Assembly: GCA_964493985.1 (NCBI GenBank) | Contig: CAZBQL010000005.1 | Span: forward strand, 1 to 54,534 | DNA length: 54,534 bases | Source: an uncultured Dehalococcoidales bacterium | Lineage (GTDB): Bacteria > Chloroflexota > Dehalococcoidia > Dehalococcoidales > UBA2162 | Reading direction: 5' to 3' | Part shown: piece after piece, positions 28,160-37,851 of the stretch | How positions within the stretch are numbered: the stretch's first letter is position 1 | How the letters are laid out: the number at the start of each line of letters is the position of its first letter | Translations under genes and position numbers: made by a program | Notes under the pieces: generated by a model | Seen by the model: only the letters and a program-made list of their open reading frames with translations | What the model was told of the DNA's origin: nothing | The model's database searches: none

Positions 28160-29143
28160 TTACGTAATATCCAGCAAACGGGCGGCGTTTCCGCCCAGCA
28201 TATCATCGATATCCTTCGCGGGCAGGTCGAGCTTTCTAATTTCTTCTATATACTGAGCAGCCCCGGCAGGATTCCCGTCATAGTTGAACGGCCAGTCGGT
28301 ACCGAACATCAGCTTCTGAGGGCTGATATTGGTAAGAGCGCTTTTTACCGCGGCCATGCCTATTTCCCTACCCGCCATATTGAAATACAGCTTATCGAAA
28401 TATTCCCGCCAGGGCCTGCTTATCAATGGTTCGCCCCGGTAAAGACTGGGACACCCCGGCCCGACATATCCCATGTAAGCATCCAGTCGCTCGAGAACCG
28501 CGGAAACGCCGCCGCCGAAGTGGTTCATAATCATCACCATGTCCCGAAAGTCCTCGAGAACTCCTCCCATGCATACCCTCAGCGTGGCGGAACACATATC
28601 TAGTTCGCGTGCCATCACGTAGTACAAGGCGTATGCAGCATGTAGCGAATCAAGTCCGGGCGGTTCAAGTGTTACATGAACATCGACCGGGATACCCAGT
28701 TCGGTAACTTTCTCGTAAAACGGCCACATCTCGCGGGAGTCCAGTGCCTGCCCGTCATTCCATGTCCAGATATGCACTCCCCTGAGACCAAGTTCCTTCA
28801 CGGCCCGTTCAAGTTCACCAAATGCAGGTTTGCCGCCCAGAGGAGGGACCGTAGCAAACCCGCCGAAGCGGTCCGGATGACCGTTTACCAGGCTTGCACA
28901 GAAATCATTCCACCTGCGGCACTGGTCGAGGGTGGTTACAGGATTGGTTGTCAGCAGAGCGAAATCTATCCCGGCGGCATCCATGAACTCCAGGTGAGAT
29001 TCGGCGCTTGCTGCTTCCTCGAACGATTTTATCTTCATCTTGCCGTCGGTATCCCAGTACCGTTCGCATACCTTGCCGGACTCGCTTTCTCCTTTTTCAA
29101 GCCTGTCAAGCGTCGCCAGGTGGTGTTCCATATCGATGATCAT
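28160..29143 (-). CDS. Amidohydrolase family protein (amidohydro_2)
   Basis: IIDMEHH, ELERAVKELGLRGV, VDVH, HFGGG, MFGTDWPF. Confidence 0.88.
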   Translation of the reverse strand: MIIDMEHHLATLDRLEKGESESGKVCERYWDTDGKMKIKSFEEAASAESHLEFMDAAGIDFALLTTNPVTTLDQCRRWNDFCASLVNGHPDRFGGFATVPPLGGKPAFGELERAVKELGLRGVHIWTWNDGQALDSREMWPFYEKVTELGIPVDVHVTLEPPGLDSLHAAYALYYVMARELDMCSATLRVCMGGVLEDFRDMVMIMNHFGGGVSAVLERLDAYMGYVGPGCPSLYRGEPLISRPWREYFDKLYFNMAGREIGMAAVKSALTNISPQKLMFGTDWPFNYDGNPAGAAQYIEEIRKLDLPAKDIDDMLGGNAARLLDIT

Positions 29144-29172
29144 ATTTACAACTCCGTATTAATGATGCTGGC

Positions 29173-29248
29173 AGTGTAACATGTAGTCTCCATACCGTCA
29201 ATTCAAAAGGTGCTGTCAATTGACAATCGGCGTCCTACTAATTAAAGT
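29173..29248. promoter_or_regulatory. Divergent sigma70-type promoters for the amidohydrolase (-) and paaK-like gene (+)
   Basis: Minus: TTGACG (29201-29196)-17-TACACT. Plus: TTGACA (29220-29225)-17-TAAAGT. Confidence 0.6.
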
Positions 29249-29253
29249 GTAGA

Positions 29254-29387
29254 TTAGTACTTAGTTACACGGAAAAGTGGGATAATTAAGCCGTTCGTGG
29301 TGAGCCTGTCGAACCACAACGGCGCCCTTCGACAAGCTCAGGGCGAACGGAATAATAATCATAGTAATTGCCGCAACTAAGTATTAG
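29254..29387. mobile_element. MITE-like insert with an internal REP-like palindrome
   Basis: TTAG direct repeats (29254-57, 29384-87) flank a 9-bp perfect inverted repeat TACTTAGTT/AACTAAGTA; internal 23-bp arms 29291-29313 and 29328-29350 match at 19/23. Confidence 0.6.
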
Positions 29388-29411
29388 TCTGTTACAGACA
29401 GGAGACAACAT

Positions 29412-30749
29412 ATGGCAGATACTGATTTATACTGGAACCCGATACTGGAGACTCTTCCCCAGGACAAGCTGAGAGAGCTGCAAACGAAAAAATTCCGGAA
29501 AATCCTGGCATGGGCGTATGACAGGTCGCCTTTCTACCATGAATTATACAAAAATGCCGGCCTGGAGCCCGGTGACATTAAAACATATGACGACATCCGG
29601 AAAGTCCCGAAGATGGAAAAATCATTTCTCAGGGATGCGCAGAATTGCGAACCTTTCCCTTACGGCAAGATCCTATCGGTACCGCTGGAAGATGTCACTG
29701 TGTACCACCAGACCAGCGGAACGACCGGGCAGCCCGTATTTCAGCCCGATACCTGGCAGGACTGGGACTGGTGCGCCGAGACCTGGGCTTACATTTTATA
29801 CGCCCAGGGATACCGGAAGACGGACAGGGTGTTTATACCATTCGGCTATCACACGGCCATCGCCTACTGGATGGGGCATTACGGGGCCGAGAAACTGGGA
29901 TGTGAGGTTGTACCAGGTGGTGTATTGAACACCGAAGCGCGAATTCTCAAGATACAGGAACTTAAAGCCACGGCGCTGATGGCTACTCCGACGTATATCC
30001 TCGGCATGGCGGACACTGCCAGGACCAAACTGGGCATCGACCCGGCAAAGGACCTGAATATCCAAAGGATAACCGTTGCCGGTGAACCGGGCGGTAGCAT
30101 TCCGACAACCAAGAAACGGATGGAAGAAGCCTGGGGTTGCAAGGTCTACGACCATGTCGGCGCTACCGAATTCGGCGCCTGGAGTTATGAATGTACCTTC
30201 CAGGCCGGACTCCATGTGAACGAAGGCCTGTTCCTGGTCGAGATAGAAGATATCGATACCGGTGAGTTGCTCACCGAACCGGGCCGGAGAGGGAAAATGA
30301 TTATCTCCACCTTCGACCGTTATGCCCAGCCGTGTATCAGGTTCGACTCCAAGGATATCATCGAGTGGAGTCCCGACGTATGCGAGTGCGGACGGACTTT
30401 CAGGCTGATAAAAGGTGGAGTCGTCGGCAGGGTCGATGATATCACGAAAGTGAAAGGCGTGTTGCTGGCTCCGACTTCCATCGAGGAGGTCGTGAGAAGC
30501 ATCCCCCAGCTCGGTGATGAATATGAAGTGATCGTCGCCAAGAAAGGTGACCTGGACGATATTTCTCTCAGGCTGGAGCTGGTCCCGGGGCAGGAAGGCA
30601 ACGAGGAAAGTGTCAGGAAAACACTTGTCGACCAGCTCAGGATAAAGACCGGACTCGGGTACAACCTGGAATTTCACGAGTACGGCTCTCTGCCGCGATA
30701 CGACCTGAAGGCAAAGAGGTTCAAAGACCTGCGCAAGGATGCGCATTAA
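29412..30749 (+). CDS. paaK: Phenylacetate-CoA ligase-like (PaaK family)
   Basis: YHQTSGTTGQP, ATPTY, AGEPGG, DHVGATE, GRVDD..KVKGV. Confidence 0.85.
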   Translation: MADTDLYWNPILETLPQDKLRELQTKKFRKILAWAYDRSPFYHELYKNAGLEPGDIKTYDDIRKVPKMEKSFLRDAQNCEPFPYGKILSVPLEDVTVYHQTSGTTGQPVFQPDTWQDWDWCAETWAYILYAQGYRKTDRVFIPFGYHTAIAYWMGHYGAEKLGCEVVPGGVLNTEARILKIQELKATALMATPTYILGMADTARTKLGIDPAKDLNIQRITVAGEPGGSIPTTKKRMEEAWGCKVYDHVGATEFGAWSYECTFQAGLHVNEGLFLVEIEDIDTGELLTEPGRRGKMIISTFDRYAQPCIRFDSKDIIEWSPDVCECGRTFRLIKGGVVGRVDDITKVKGVLLAPTSIEEVVRSIPQLGDEYEVIVAKKGDLDDISLRLELVPGQEGNEESVRKTLVDQLRIKTGLGYNLEFHEYGSLPRYDLKAKRFKDLRKDAH

Positions 30750-30783
30750 TGATGAATACCGCTTTTACAAGGAGTACTGAAAA

Positions 30784-30966
30784 GTGACTGCTGACGAAAA
30801 TAATATCAGGGAAATGGCGGCGAAGATCGCCCTGATCAAGAAAGAAGCCCGGGAACTGAAGGCAATGTCCGGCGGGAACCAGTCCGTAGAAAAGAATGTT
30901 GACCGTATCCTGTCCAGCATTAAGATGCTTGAGATCAACGTGAGTGACGTAGCGGAGATACTGTAA
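30784..30966 (+). CDS. Small helical hypothetical protein
   Basis: GTG start with GGAG RBS directly after paaK; amphipathic two-helix pattern. Confidence 0.6.
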   Translation: MTADENNIREMAAKIALIKKEARELKAMSGGNQSVEKNVDRILSSIKMLEINVSDVAEIL

Positions 30967-30987
30967 GTCACACCACCCCACTCGCGT

Positions 30988-31034
30988 GTCATTACGAGCT
31001 TCAGCGTCAACAGCCGGGGCGTAGTAATCTCAAT
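30988..31034 (+). repeat. REP-like intergenic repeat, copy 2
   Basis: GTCATTACGAG...GCGTCAACAG...CGTAGTAATCTCAAT, similar to 13024-13075. Confidence 0.6.
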
Positions 31035-31130
31035 TAATTACTTCACACGCCGTAGCTTCAGCGTAGTCGGGTCATTAACTGACGGTTTGCTTCGTCAATG
31101 TATTTTTTTTAATAACTTTGAAATAACCTC

Positions 31131-31159
31131 TTGACATAGAACAAAAGTTCTTGTATTAT
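31131..31159 (+). promoter_or_regulatory. recA promoter with a LexA (SOS) box between -35 and -10
   Basis: TTGACA (31131-36)-17-TATTAT (31154-59); AGAAC-AAAA-GTTCT at 31138-31151. Confidence 0.9.
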
Positions 31160-31246
31160 ATCTGAAACAATTTTCACATTATCAACTAAATTACATAATT
31201 GCGTTGTTACCAATGTTTTAGTATGTTATCATTAGGTTAGACGAGT

Positions 31247-32257
31247 ATGACCACTGAAAAAGGAAAAGCACTGGAGTTAGCCATTGGCCAGATCGAAAAA
31301 CGGTTTGGCAAAGGCTCAATCATGAAGCTGGGTGAAGCGACCATCACACAGGTGGCGTCCATCCCCAGCGGTTCGTTATCACTGGACCTGGCTTTAGGAA
31401 TAGGTGGAATGCCCAGGGGACGCATCGCCGAAGTTTTCGGCCCCGAGTCCTCGGGGAAGACCACCCTGGCCCAGCATATTATTGCCGAGACACAAAAGAG
31501 AGGAGGAATAGCTGCTTATATCGACGTTGAGCATGCCCTCGATCCCACCTATGCTCAGCGATGCGGAGTCAATGTCAATGAGTTATTGATCTCCCAGCCG
31601 GATACCGGCGAGCAGGCATTGGAGATTGCCGATGCCCTGGTCAGGAGCGGCGCTGTAGATATCGTTGTTGTCGACAGTGTCGCCGCGCTGGTCTCGCAGG
31701 CGGAAATAGAAGGCGAGATGGGAGACACCCATGTCGCCCTGCAGGCCCGCCTCATGTCGCAGGCACTCAGAAAGCTTGCGGCTGCGATCGGTAAGACCGG
31801 TACTGCGGTTGTTTTTATCAATCAACTGAGAGAGAAGGTAGGGATTGTCTTCGGGAATCCGGAGGTTACGCCGGGAGGCAGAGCTTTGAAGTTCTACAGC
31901 TCAGTGAGAATAGACCTGAGGAGGACCGATTCGATAAAGCAGGGAAATCAGATAACGGGCAATCACGTTAAGGCCAGGGTAGTGAAGAACAAGGTAGCTC
32001 CTCCATTCAGGACTGCTGAGTTTGACATTATGTTCGACCATGGTATAAGTCATGAGGGAGAGATCATAGACCTGGGTGTAGAACAGGGGCTGGTGACCAA
32101 GTCCGGCGCTTTTTTCTCATATGGTGATATTCGTCTGGGGCAAGGAAGGGAAAACGCGAAGAATTACCTATCCCGAAATCCTGAACTTGTCGAAGAAATT
32201 GAACAGAAGATAAGAGCCTCAGCCGTCACCAATCAGAGTCCTCTGACTGATGAATAA
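31247..32257 (+). CDS. recA: Recombinase RecA
   Basis: [38 protein letters not shown]. Confidence 0.99.
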   Translation: MTTEKGKALELAIGQIEKRFGKGSIMKLGEATITQVASIPSGSLSLDLALGIGGMPRGRIAEVFGPESSGKTTLAQHIIAETQKRGGIAAYIDVEHALDPTYAQRCGVNVNELLISQPDTGEQALEIADALVRSGAVDIVVVDSVAALVSQAEIEGEMGDTHVALQARLMSQALRKLAAAIGKTGTAVVFINQLREKVGIVFGNPEVTPGGRALKFYSSVRIDLRRTDSIKQGNQITGNHVKARVVKNKVAPPFRTAEFDIMFDHGISHEGEIIDLGVEQGLVTKSGAFFSYGDIRLGQGRENAKNYLSRNPELVEEIEQKIRASAVTNQSPLTDE

Positions 32258-32359
32258 TTTGGTCCTGACCTGATAGTTTTTAAAAATATATAACGGGCGT
32301 ATTGAAAGCTGAGGTTACAAGCAAAACCTCGGCTTTGTTTGTTTATAAAGGCGGGAAAA

Positions 32360-32995
32360 ATGAGAAAGGTAACCGCCCTCCGGGCCGGAAAAGGCAGGAG
32401 AAAGCGGGTGAACATATTTCTGGACGGTGAATACGCATTCAGTCTGGAAGCTGAAGTAGCGGTCAAAGAAGGCCTGGGAGTAGACCAGGAGTTATCTCCC
32501 GAGCGGATAGAGGAGATAACTTCCGCCAATAATTACCGCCGCTGCTATGACGCTGCCGCTCTTTTTATCAGTTACCGTCCCCGCAGTGAACCGGAACTTC
32601 GTGAAAGACTCCGCAGGCGTAATTTCCCCGCTGAAAGTGTAGACGCAGTCGTTGCCAGGATGAAAGAGCAGGGACTGGTCGATGATACTGCTTTTGCACG
32701 ATTCTGGACGGAAAACCGTGATTCTTTCAGTCCCCGCAGCCAGTGGCTGACCGGGATGGAACTACGGCGCAAGGGAGTGTCCGAAGAAATCATTCAGCAG
32801 GCTGTCGGTATTCTCGATGATGAAGACAGTGCCTACCGTGCAGCCTTTAAAAAAGCTCGAAATTTACCACGGCACGATTATCAGAGTTTCCGCCGTCGAT
32901 TAGGTGATCACCTGCAACGGCGGGGATTCGGTTACGGAGTGATAAACGCAACTGTGAAACGGCTCTGGAATGAGCTGAATAATGAATCTAAATAA
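32360..32995 (+). CDS. recX: Regulatory protein RecX, long N-terminal form
   Basis: SYRPRSEPELRERL, GLVDDTAFAR, LQRRGF; follows recA. Confidence 0.93.
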   Translation: MRKVTALRAGKGRRKRVNIFLDGEYAFSLEAEVAVKEGLGVDQELSPERIEEITSANNYRRCYDAAALFISYRPRSEPELRERLRRRNFPAESVDAVVARMKEQGLVDDTAFARFWTENRDSFSPRSQWLTGMELRRKGVSEEIIQQAVGILDDEDSAYRAAFKKARNLPRHDYQSFRRRLGDHLQRRGFGYGVINATVKRLWNELNNESK

Positions 32996-33034
32996 AATCT
33001 ATAACCGGAAAGAGTCCGGAAAGAGAGGAGGAAA

Positions 33035-34576
33035 ATGGAAACAGGTTTAGTATATGTAGCACTGGTTTCCATGTTCTTTATCGGCCTGGTTTTCGGAGGA
33101 ATAATCGTCTTTTTCTTCAGGCGTATGGCGATAAACCGCCAGCTCCGTAACGCCCAGAGGAAAGCTGCCAGAACGGTAGCGGAAGCCAGGGACGAATCAA
33201 AAGACATATTGAGAGAAGCCAAGGAGGAAATAGAAAGAAACAAGGCTAAAAATGAGACCGAACTACGCGAAAGGAGAAGTGAACTACAGAAGGCGGAGAA
33301 CAGGCTTTCGAACAAGACCGAATCGCTGGAACGCAGGCTTGAATCCGTTGAGCAGCGTGACCGCAACCTGGCCAACAAAGAAAAGAACATAGAAGCCCTG
33401 AGAAATGAGATCACCGAAATAAGAGACAAGCAACTCAAGCAACTCGAAGGAGTATCGGGGATGTCCAGCACGGAGGCAAAACAGGAACTGCTGGACAGGA
33501 TGGAAGTAGAAATCAAGGAAGAGACATCAAGGCGACTTCGCGAGTGGGAAGAGAAACTGAAAGAGGAAAGCGACAAGATAAGCCAGGTAATTCTTGCCCA
33601 GACCATCCAGCGCTGCGCTTCAGATGTCGTTTCGGAAATATCCGTGGTGAGTGTTCCCCTGCCCGGCGACGAAATGAAAGGCAGGCTGATAGGAAGGGAA
33701 GGCCGCAATATCAGGGCGCTGGAACAGGCGACCGGAGTTGATCTTATCATAGACGATACGCCCGAAGCGGTAACGCTCTCCAGCTTCGATCCGGTCCGCA
33801 GGGAGATTGCCCGTCTTTCATTGACCAAGCTGATAACCGACGGACGAATACATCCCGCCCGGATCGAGGAAATAGTCGCTAAAACCAAGGAAGAAGTAGA
33901 TGCGGCAATCTATTCCGCGGGTGAGCAGGCTGCTTTCGAAGTGGAAGTACCGGGGTTACGTCCTGAAATTATCAGGCTGCTCGGACGGTTAAAATACCGC
34001 ACCAGTTACGGCCAGAACGTACTTAACCACAGCAAGGAAGTAGCTTTCCTTGCCGGAATGATAGCGTCAGAACTGGGAGCGAACGTGGCGATAGCCAAGA
34101 AGGCCGGGCTTCTGCATGATATCGGCAAGGCGGTAGACAGAGAGATCGAAGGCTCCCATGCCACCATAGGCGCCGACCTGGTACGACAATGGGAGAAATC
34201 ACTCGAGGTTGTCCAGGGAATCGCCGAACATCACCTTGAGACAACCAATACCAGCATCTGGGGTTACATAGTATCAGCCGGAGACGCGATAAGCAGCGCC
34301 AGGCCGGGAGCAAGGCGTGAATCCCTGGAGAACTACCTGAAACGTCTCACAGCCCTGGAGGATATAGCCAACAGCTTTAAGGGCGTAGAGAAATCCTTCG
34401 CCATACAGGCAGGCCGTGAAATCCGTATCCTGGTAAAACCGGAAGAAATAGATGACCTTGGAGCGATGAGAATGGCCAGGGACATCGTCAAGAAGATCGA
34501 AGAAGGACTTGAATACCCGGGGCAGATCAAGGTAACGGTCCTCAGGGAGACACGGGCAATAGACTACGCCAAGTAG
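33035..34576 (+). CDS. rny: Ribonuclease Y
   Basis: N-terminal TM helix, coiled coil, KH ([12 protein letters not shown]), HD (LLHDIGK), IQAGREIR. Confidence 0.98.
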   Translation: METGLVYVALVSMFFIGLVFGGIIVFFFRRMAINRQLRNAQRKAARTVAEARDESKDILREAKEEIERNKAKNETELRERRSELQKAENRLSNKTESLERRLESVEQRDRNLANKEKNIEALRNEITEIRDKQLKQLEGVSGMSSTEAKQELLDRMEVEIKEETSRRLREWEEKLKEESDKISQVILAQTIQRCASDVVSEISVVSVPLPGDEMKGRLIGREGRNIRALEQATGVDLIIDDTPEAVTLSSFDPVRREIARLSLTKLITDGRIHPARIEEIVAKTKEEVDAAIYSAGEQAAFEVEVPGLRPEIIRLLGRLKYRTSYGQNVLNHSKEVAFLAGMIASELGANVAIAKKAGLLHDIGKAVDREIEGSHATIGADLVRQWEKSLEVVQGIAEHHLETTNTSIWGYIVSAGDAISSARPGARRESLENYLKRLTALEDIANSFKGVEKSFAIQAGREIRILVKPEEIDDLGAMRMARDIVKKIEEGLEYPGQIKVTVLRETRAIDYAK

Positions 34577-34594
34577 AAAGGTATCCAAAATCCT

Positions 34595-35371
34595 ATGATC
34601 ATACTGGTAATCGGAGATATCATCGGCAGACCGGGAAGGCTGGCAGTGCAGAAACTCCTGCCCGGTCTGCGTAAGCAGTACAATATCGAAATGGTCATAG
34701 CAAACGTAGAAAATACTGCCGGAGGGATAGGCGCGACTCCATCAACGGTTGATGAACTGATTGAATGTGGAGTCGACGTGATGACCTCCGGCAATCATAT
34801 CTGGGCGCATAAAGAGATAATACCCTACCTGGAGAACGATAAGCCCGTCATCCGTCCCCTGAATTACCCGGAAGGGGTGCAGGGCAGGGGTTATTTTATC
34901 AAAGGTAACGTTGCCGTCATTAACCTTATCGGCAGGACGTTTATGTCCAGTTATGACTGCCCTTTTCGGACAACGGACAAACTCCTGCAGGAACTGGGTA
35001 ACAAACCCGTGATAAAGATTATAGATTTCCATGCCGAAGCTACTTCGGAGAAAGTAGCCCTGGGGAGATATTTCGAAGGACGGGTAAGTGCAGTCCTCGG
35101 TACACACACTCATATCGGTACGATAGACGCAAGAATTCTTCCCAAAGGTACAGCATACGTTACCGATATCGGAATGACCGGTCCGAAGGAATCGGTTATC
35201 GGCGACAACATCGACGACGTTGTCCAGCGGTTTTTGACGATGATTCCGAAACGCCTGACAGTCGCCAAGGGATCAGTGATTTTTACGGCGATGCTCCTTG
35301 ACATCGATAACAAGACCGGAAAGGCAAAGAGTATCGAACGTATTTACCAGGAGATAGAGGGAGAAGATTAG
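34595..35371 (+). CDS. ymdB: YmdB / TIGR00282 metallophosphoesterase
   Basis: GDIIGRPGR, TSGNHIW, RPLNYP, DFHAEATSEK, GTHTH, TDIGMTGP. Confidence 0.95.
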   Translation: MIILVIGDIIGRPGRLAVQKLLPGLRKQYNIEMVIANVENTAGGIGATPSTVDELIECGVDVMTSGNHIWAHKEIIPYLENDKPVIRPLNYPEGVQGRGYFIKGNVAVINLIGRTFMSSYDCPFRTTDKLLQELGNKPVIKIIDFHAEATSEKVALGRYFEGRVSAVLGTHTHIGTIDARILPKGTAYVTDIGMTGPKESVIGDNIDDVVQRFLTMIPKRLTVAKGSVIFTAMLLDIDNKTGKAKSIERIYQEIEGED

Positions 35372-36222
35372 TGCCCAAAGTTGACCTTCACCTGCATTCC
35401 TCGGTATCGGACGGAGTCCTCAGTCCTGCCGGGGTGGTTGAGAGAGCAGCCGAACTGGGACTTACAGTAATTTCCCTGACCGACCATGATAACGTAGACG
35501 GCATCGCACCAGCCTTACAAGCCGCAAAAAAATATCCCTCCCTGGTAGTTATCCCGGGTATTGAGATAAACACGGATACCCCTGCCGGGGAAGTCCACGT
35601 CCTGGGATACTACATTGACCATACCAACCCTGAGTTTTTAACAGCCCTGAAAAAAATGCGGGAATCCCGCCTGAAGCGGGCGCAGAAAATGATCGAAAAT
35701 CTATCTGCGCTGGGTATGCCGGTAGAATGGGAACGTGTAAAGGAGTTGTCCGGTAAAGGTTCTGTCGGGCGACCCCACATCGCCAGGGCGTTACTGGAAA
35801 AGGGATATATAGTAACCATTAAAGAAGCTTTTGAAAAGTACATCGGCTTCAGAGGACCGGCTTACGTACCGAGAAAAAAAATGACCCCGGCAGAAGCTAT
35901 CGAACTGATAACCGGGGCTGAAGGGCTTGCAGTACTTGCCCATCCACTTGGTATCCCGAATCTTGATACGCTACTAAAGAAACTTGTAAGAGCAGGCCTT
36001 ATCGGGCTTGAAGTTTATTACAAGGACTATTCCAGCGAAGATAGGAAAATCTTGGCCAGTCTGGCTGACAGGTATGGTCTAATCGCTACCGGGGGTACCG
36101 ATTATCACGGACTGGACGACAATGTTGAAGTGATGATAGGTGAAGCCGGAGTACCACCATATGTGGCAGATAATCTTAGTGCACTGGCGGGAAACCGTTC
36201 TCACGATCTGACATTACAATAG
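35371..36222 (+). CDS. PHP-domain phosphoesterase (TrpH/YciV-like)
   Basis: DLHLHSSVSDG, LTDHD, EVHVLGY, GRPHIA, LAHP, GGTDYHG. Confidence 0.92.
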   Translation: MPKVDLHLHSSVSDGVLSPAGVVERAAELGLTVISLTDHDNVDGIAPALQAAKKYPSLVVIPGIEINTDTPAGEVHVLGYYIDHTNPEFLTALKKMRESRLKRAQKMIENLSALGMPVEWERVKELSGKGSVGRPHIARALLEKGYIVTIKEAFEKYIGFRGPAYVPRKKMTPAEAIELITGAEGLAVLAHPLGIPNLDTLLKKLVRAGLIGLEVYYKDYSSEDRKILASLADRYGLIATGGTDYHGLDDNVEVMIGEAGVPPYVADNLSALAGNRSHDLTLQ

Positions 36223-36234
36223 CAGGAGAAAAGT

Positions 36235-36912
36235 ATGATAATACAGGTCATATTACTGACTATTGCTGCATACTTGGTGGGTTCTATCCCTGCCGCTTAT
36301 CTTGTTGCCCGGTGGAGACGAGGGGTAGACATCAGGAAGCACGGCAGCGGTAATGTCGGAGCTGCCAACACACTCACTGTCGTGGGAAAGCGCTGGTCAG
36401 TAGGCGTAACCATATTCGACATCGGCAAGGGTGCCCTCATGGTATGGTTTGCCCAGCTCCTGGACTTTAACATTGCCTCCCAGGCCGCCGTGGGAATCGC
36501 CGCTATTATCGGTCACGACTGGCCGGTATTTCTTCATTTCCAGGGCGGACGCGGTGTCTTTACCAGTCTTGGCGTTGTCGCCATTCTCAACCCCTGGTTG
36601 GGGCTGATAGCGTTGGTGTATCCTTATCTTTTCTTCGCCCCGTTCAAACAGGTGGCTCTTGGAGTATCGACCGTATTGTTCATTCTACCGATAACCAGCG
36701 CGCTGGCCCACGAACCACTCGGAATCAAAGAACCATTGACCATTACGCTGGCGATGGTGGCAATTGTGGTGGTAATGTCTACGCGACGCCTGACGGCCCC
36801 GAGAAGTTCCATCAGCAAAGATGTCCCCCTTTACATGCTTATTATCTACCGAATGCTGTTCGACAGGGATATAAAAGACAGGAAAGCCTGGATAAATCAC
36901 AAGAGGGACTAA
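36235..36912 (+). CDS. plsY: Glycerol-3-phosphate acyltransferase PlsY
   Basis: YLVGSIP, GSGNVGAAN, DIGKG, GHDWPVF..F.GGRGV. Confidence 0.9.
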   Translation: MIIQVILLTIAAYLVGSIPAAYLVARWRRGVDIRKHGSGNVGAANTLTVVGKRWSVGVTIFDIGKGALMVWFAQLLDFNIASQAAVGIAAIIGHDWPVFLHFQGGRGVFTSLGVVAILNPWLGLIALVYPYLFFAPFKQVALGVSTVLFILPITSALAHEPLGIKEPLTITLAMVAIVVVMSTRRLTAPRSSISKDVPLYMLIIYRMLFDRDIKDRKAWINHKRD

Positions 36913-36933
36913 AATCGGATTAACAAGTGAGAA

Positions 36934-37734
36934 TTAATTAAGGTTATTCCTTATCTTCCGCTTCTTCTCCAGTTCACCGCTCTTCGTTAAGTAATCTTTG
37001 TGACTGAGTATTGCTTCACCAAGTTCGTCCGTACCTTTACCTGTTGTGGCTTCCGTAAGCACGACGGGCGGTTTCCAGGCAGCGGGAGACCGTTCCTTCA
37101 TGTCGATAACCGCTTCAAGCAGTGCTTTCAGACTCCCGGCTCCTTCACGGTCGGCTTTATTGACAACGAAGATATCAACAACTTCCGTAATCCCGGCTTT
37201 CATAAGCTGGATATCGTCGCCCATTCCCGGCACCAGCACACCGATGCAGGTATCGGCAATCCCGGCAATATCGACATCCGACTGTCCCGAGCCAATAGCT
37301 TCAATAAAAATAATATCTTTCCCCATTACGTCCATTACCAGTACTACATCAGCGGCAGTCCTGGAAAGACCGCCTTTCCATCCCCGAGAGGCCAGGCTAC
37401 GTATAAAAACACCCTTATCAACGTCTTCTCCTTGTATTCTCAGCCTGTCGCCGAGGAATGCTCCTCCTGTGAGAGGACTGGTAGGATCTACGGCAACCAC
37501 ACCGACCGTCATGTTCCTGTTTGTCCTGAAATACTTTACAAGACGACCTAAAAGAGTACTCTTTCCTGATCCGGCTGCTCCGGTAATTCCCACGGTGAAG
37601 GCTTTTCCGGCGTGAGAGCGAAGAGCTTCCAGTATATTGGAAATACCAGGATTTTCATTCTCGATATCCTTTATCAGTTTAGCCGCCGACAGGACATCAC
37701 CGTTCAGTATTTTCTGTACTCGCTCCGATTCCAT
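36934..37734 (-). CDS. meaB: MeaB/ArgK-family GTPase
   Basis: GITGAAGSGKS, AVDPTSP.TGGA.LGDR.R, FIRS, VNKAD. Confidence 0.88.
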   Translation of the reverse strand: MESERVQKILNGDVLSAAKLIKDIENENPGISNILEALRSHAGKAFTVGITGAAGSGKSTLLGRLVKYFRTNRNMTVGVVAVDPTSPLTGGAFLGDRLRIQGEDVDKGVFIRSLASRGWKGGLSRTAADVVLVMDVMGKDIIFIEAIGSGQSDVDIAGIADTCIGVLVPGMGDDIQLMKAGITEVVDIFVVNKADREGAGSLKALLEAVIDMKERSPAAWKPPVVLTEATTGKGTDELGEAILSHKDYLTKSGELEKKRKIRNNLN

Positions 37735-37851
37735 ATATTTACAGACTCCCGGGTTTTTACAGGCTCCATTATATCCGAATATATAGGTCGGTTCCCAAAG
37801 GTAAACCGACCTATTTCTTTACATCTAAAACACCTTCCCTGAAGTGAAAAC

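Noticed and set aside
36934-37734. meaB without an adjacent methylmalonyl-CoA mutase
   Set aside because: Separation of meaB from mutase subunits is common; the mutase may lie elsewhere in the genome
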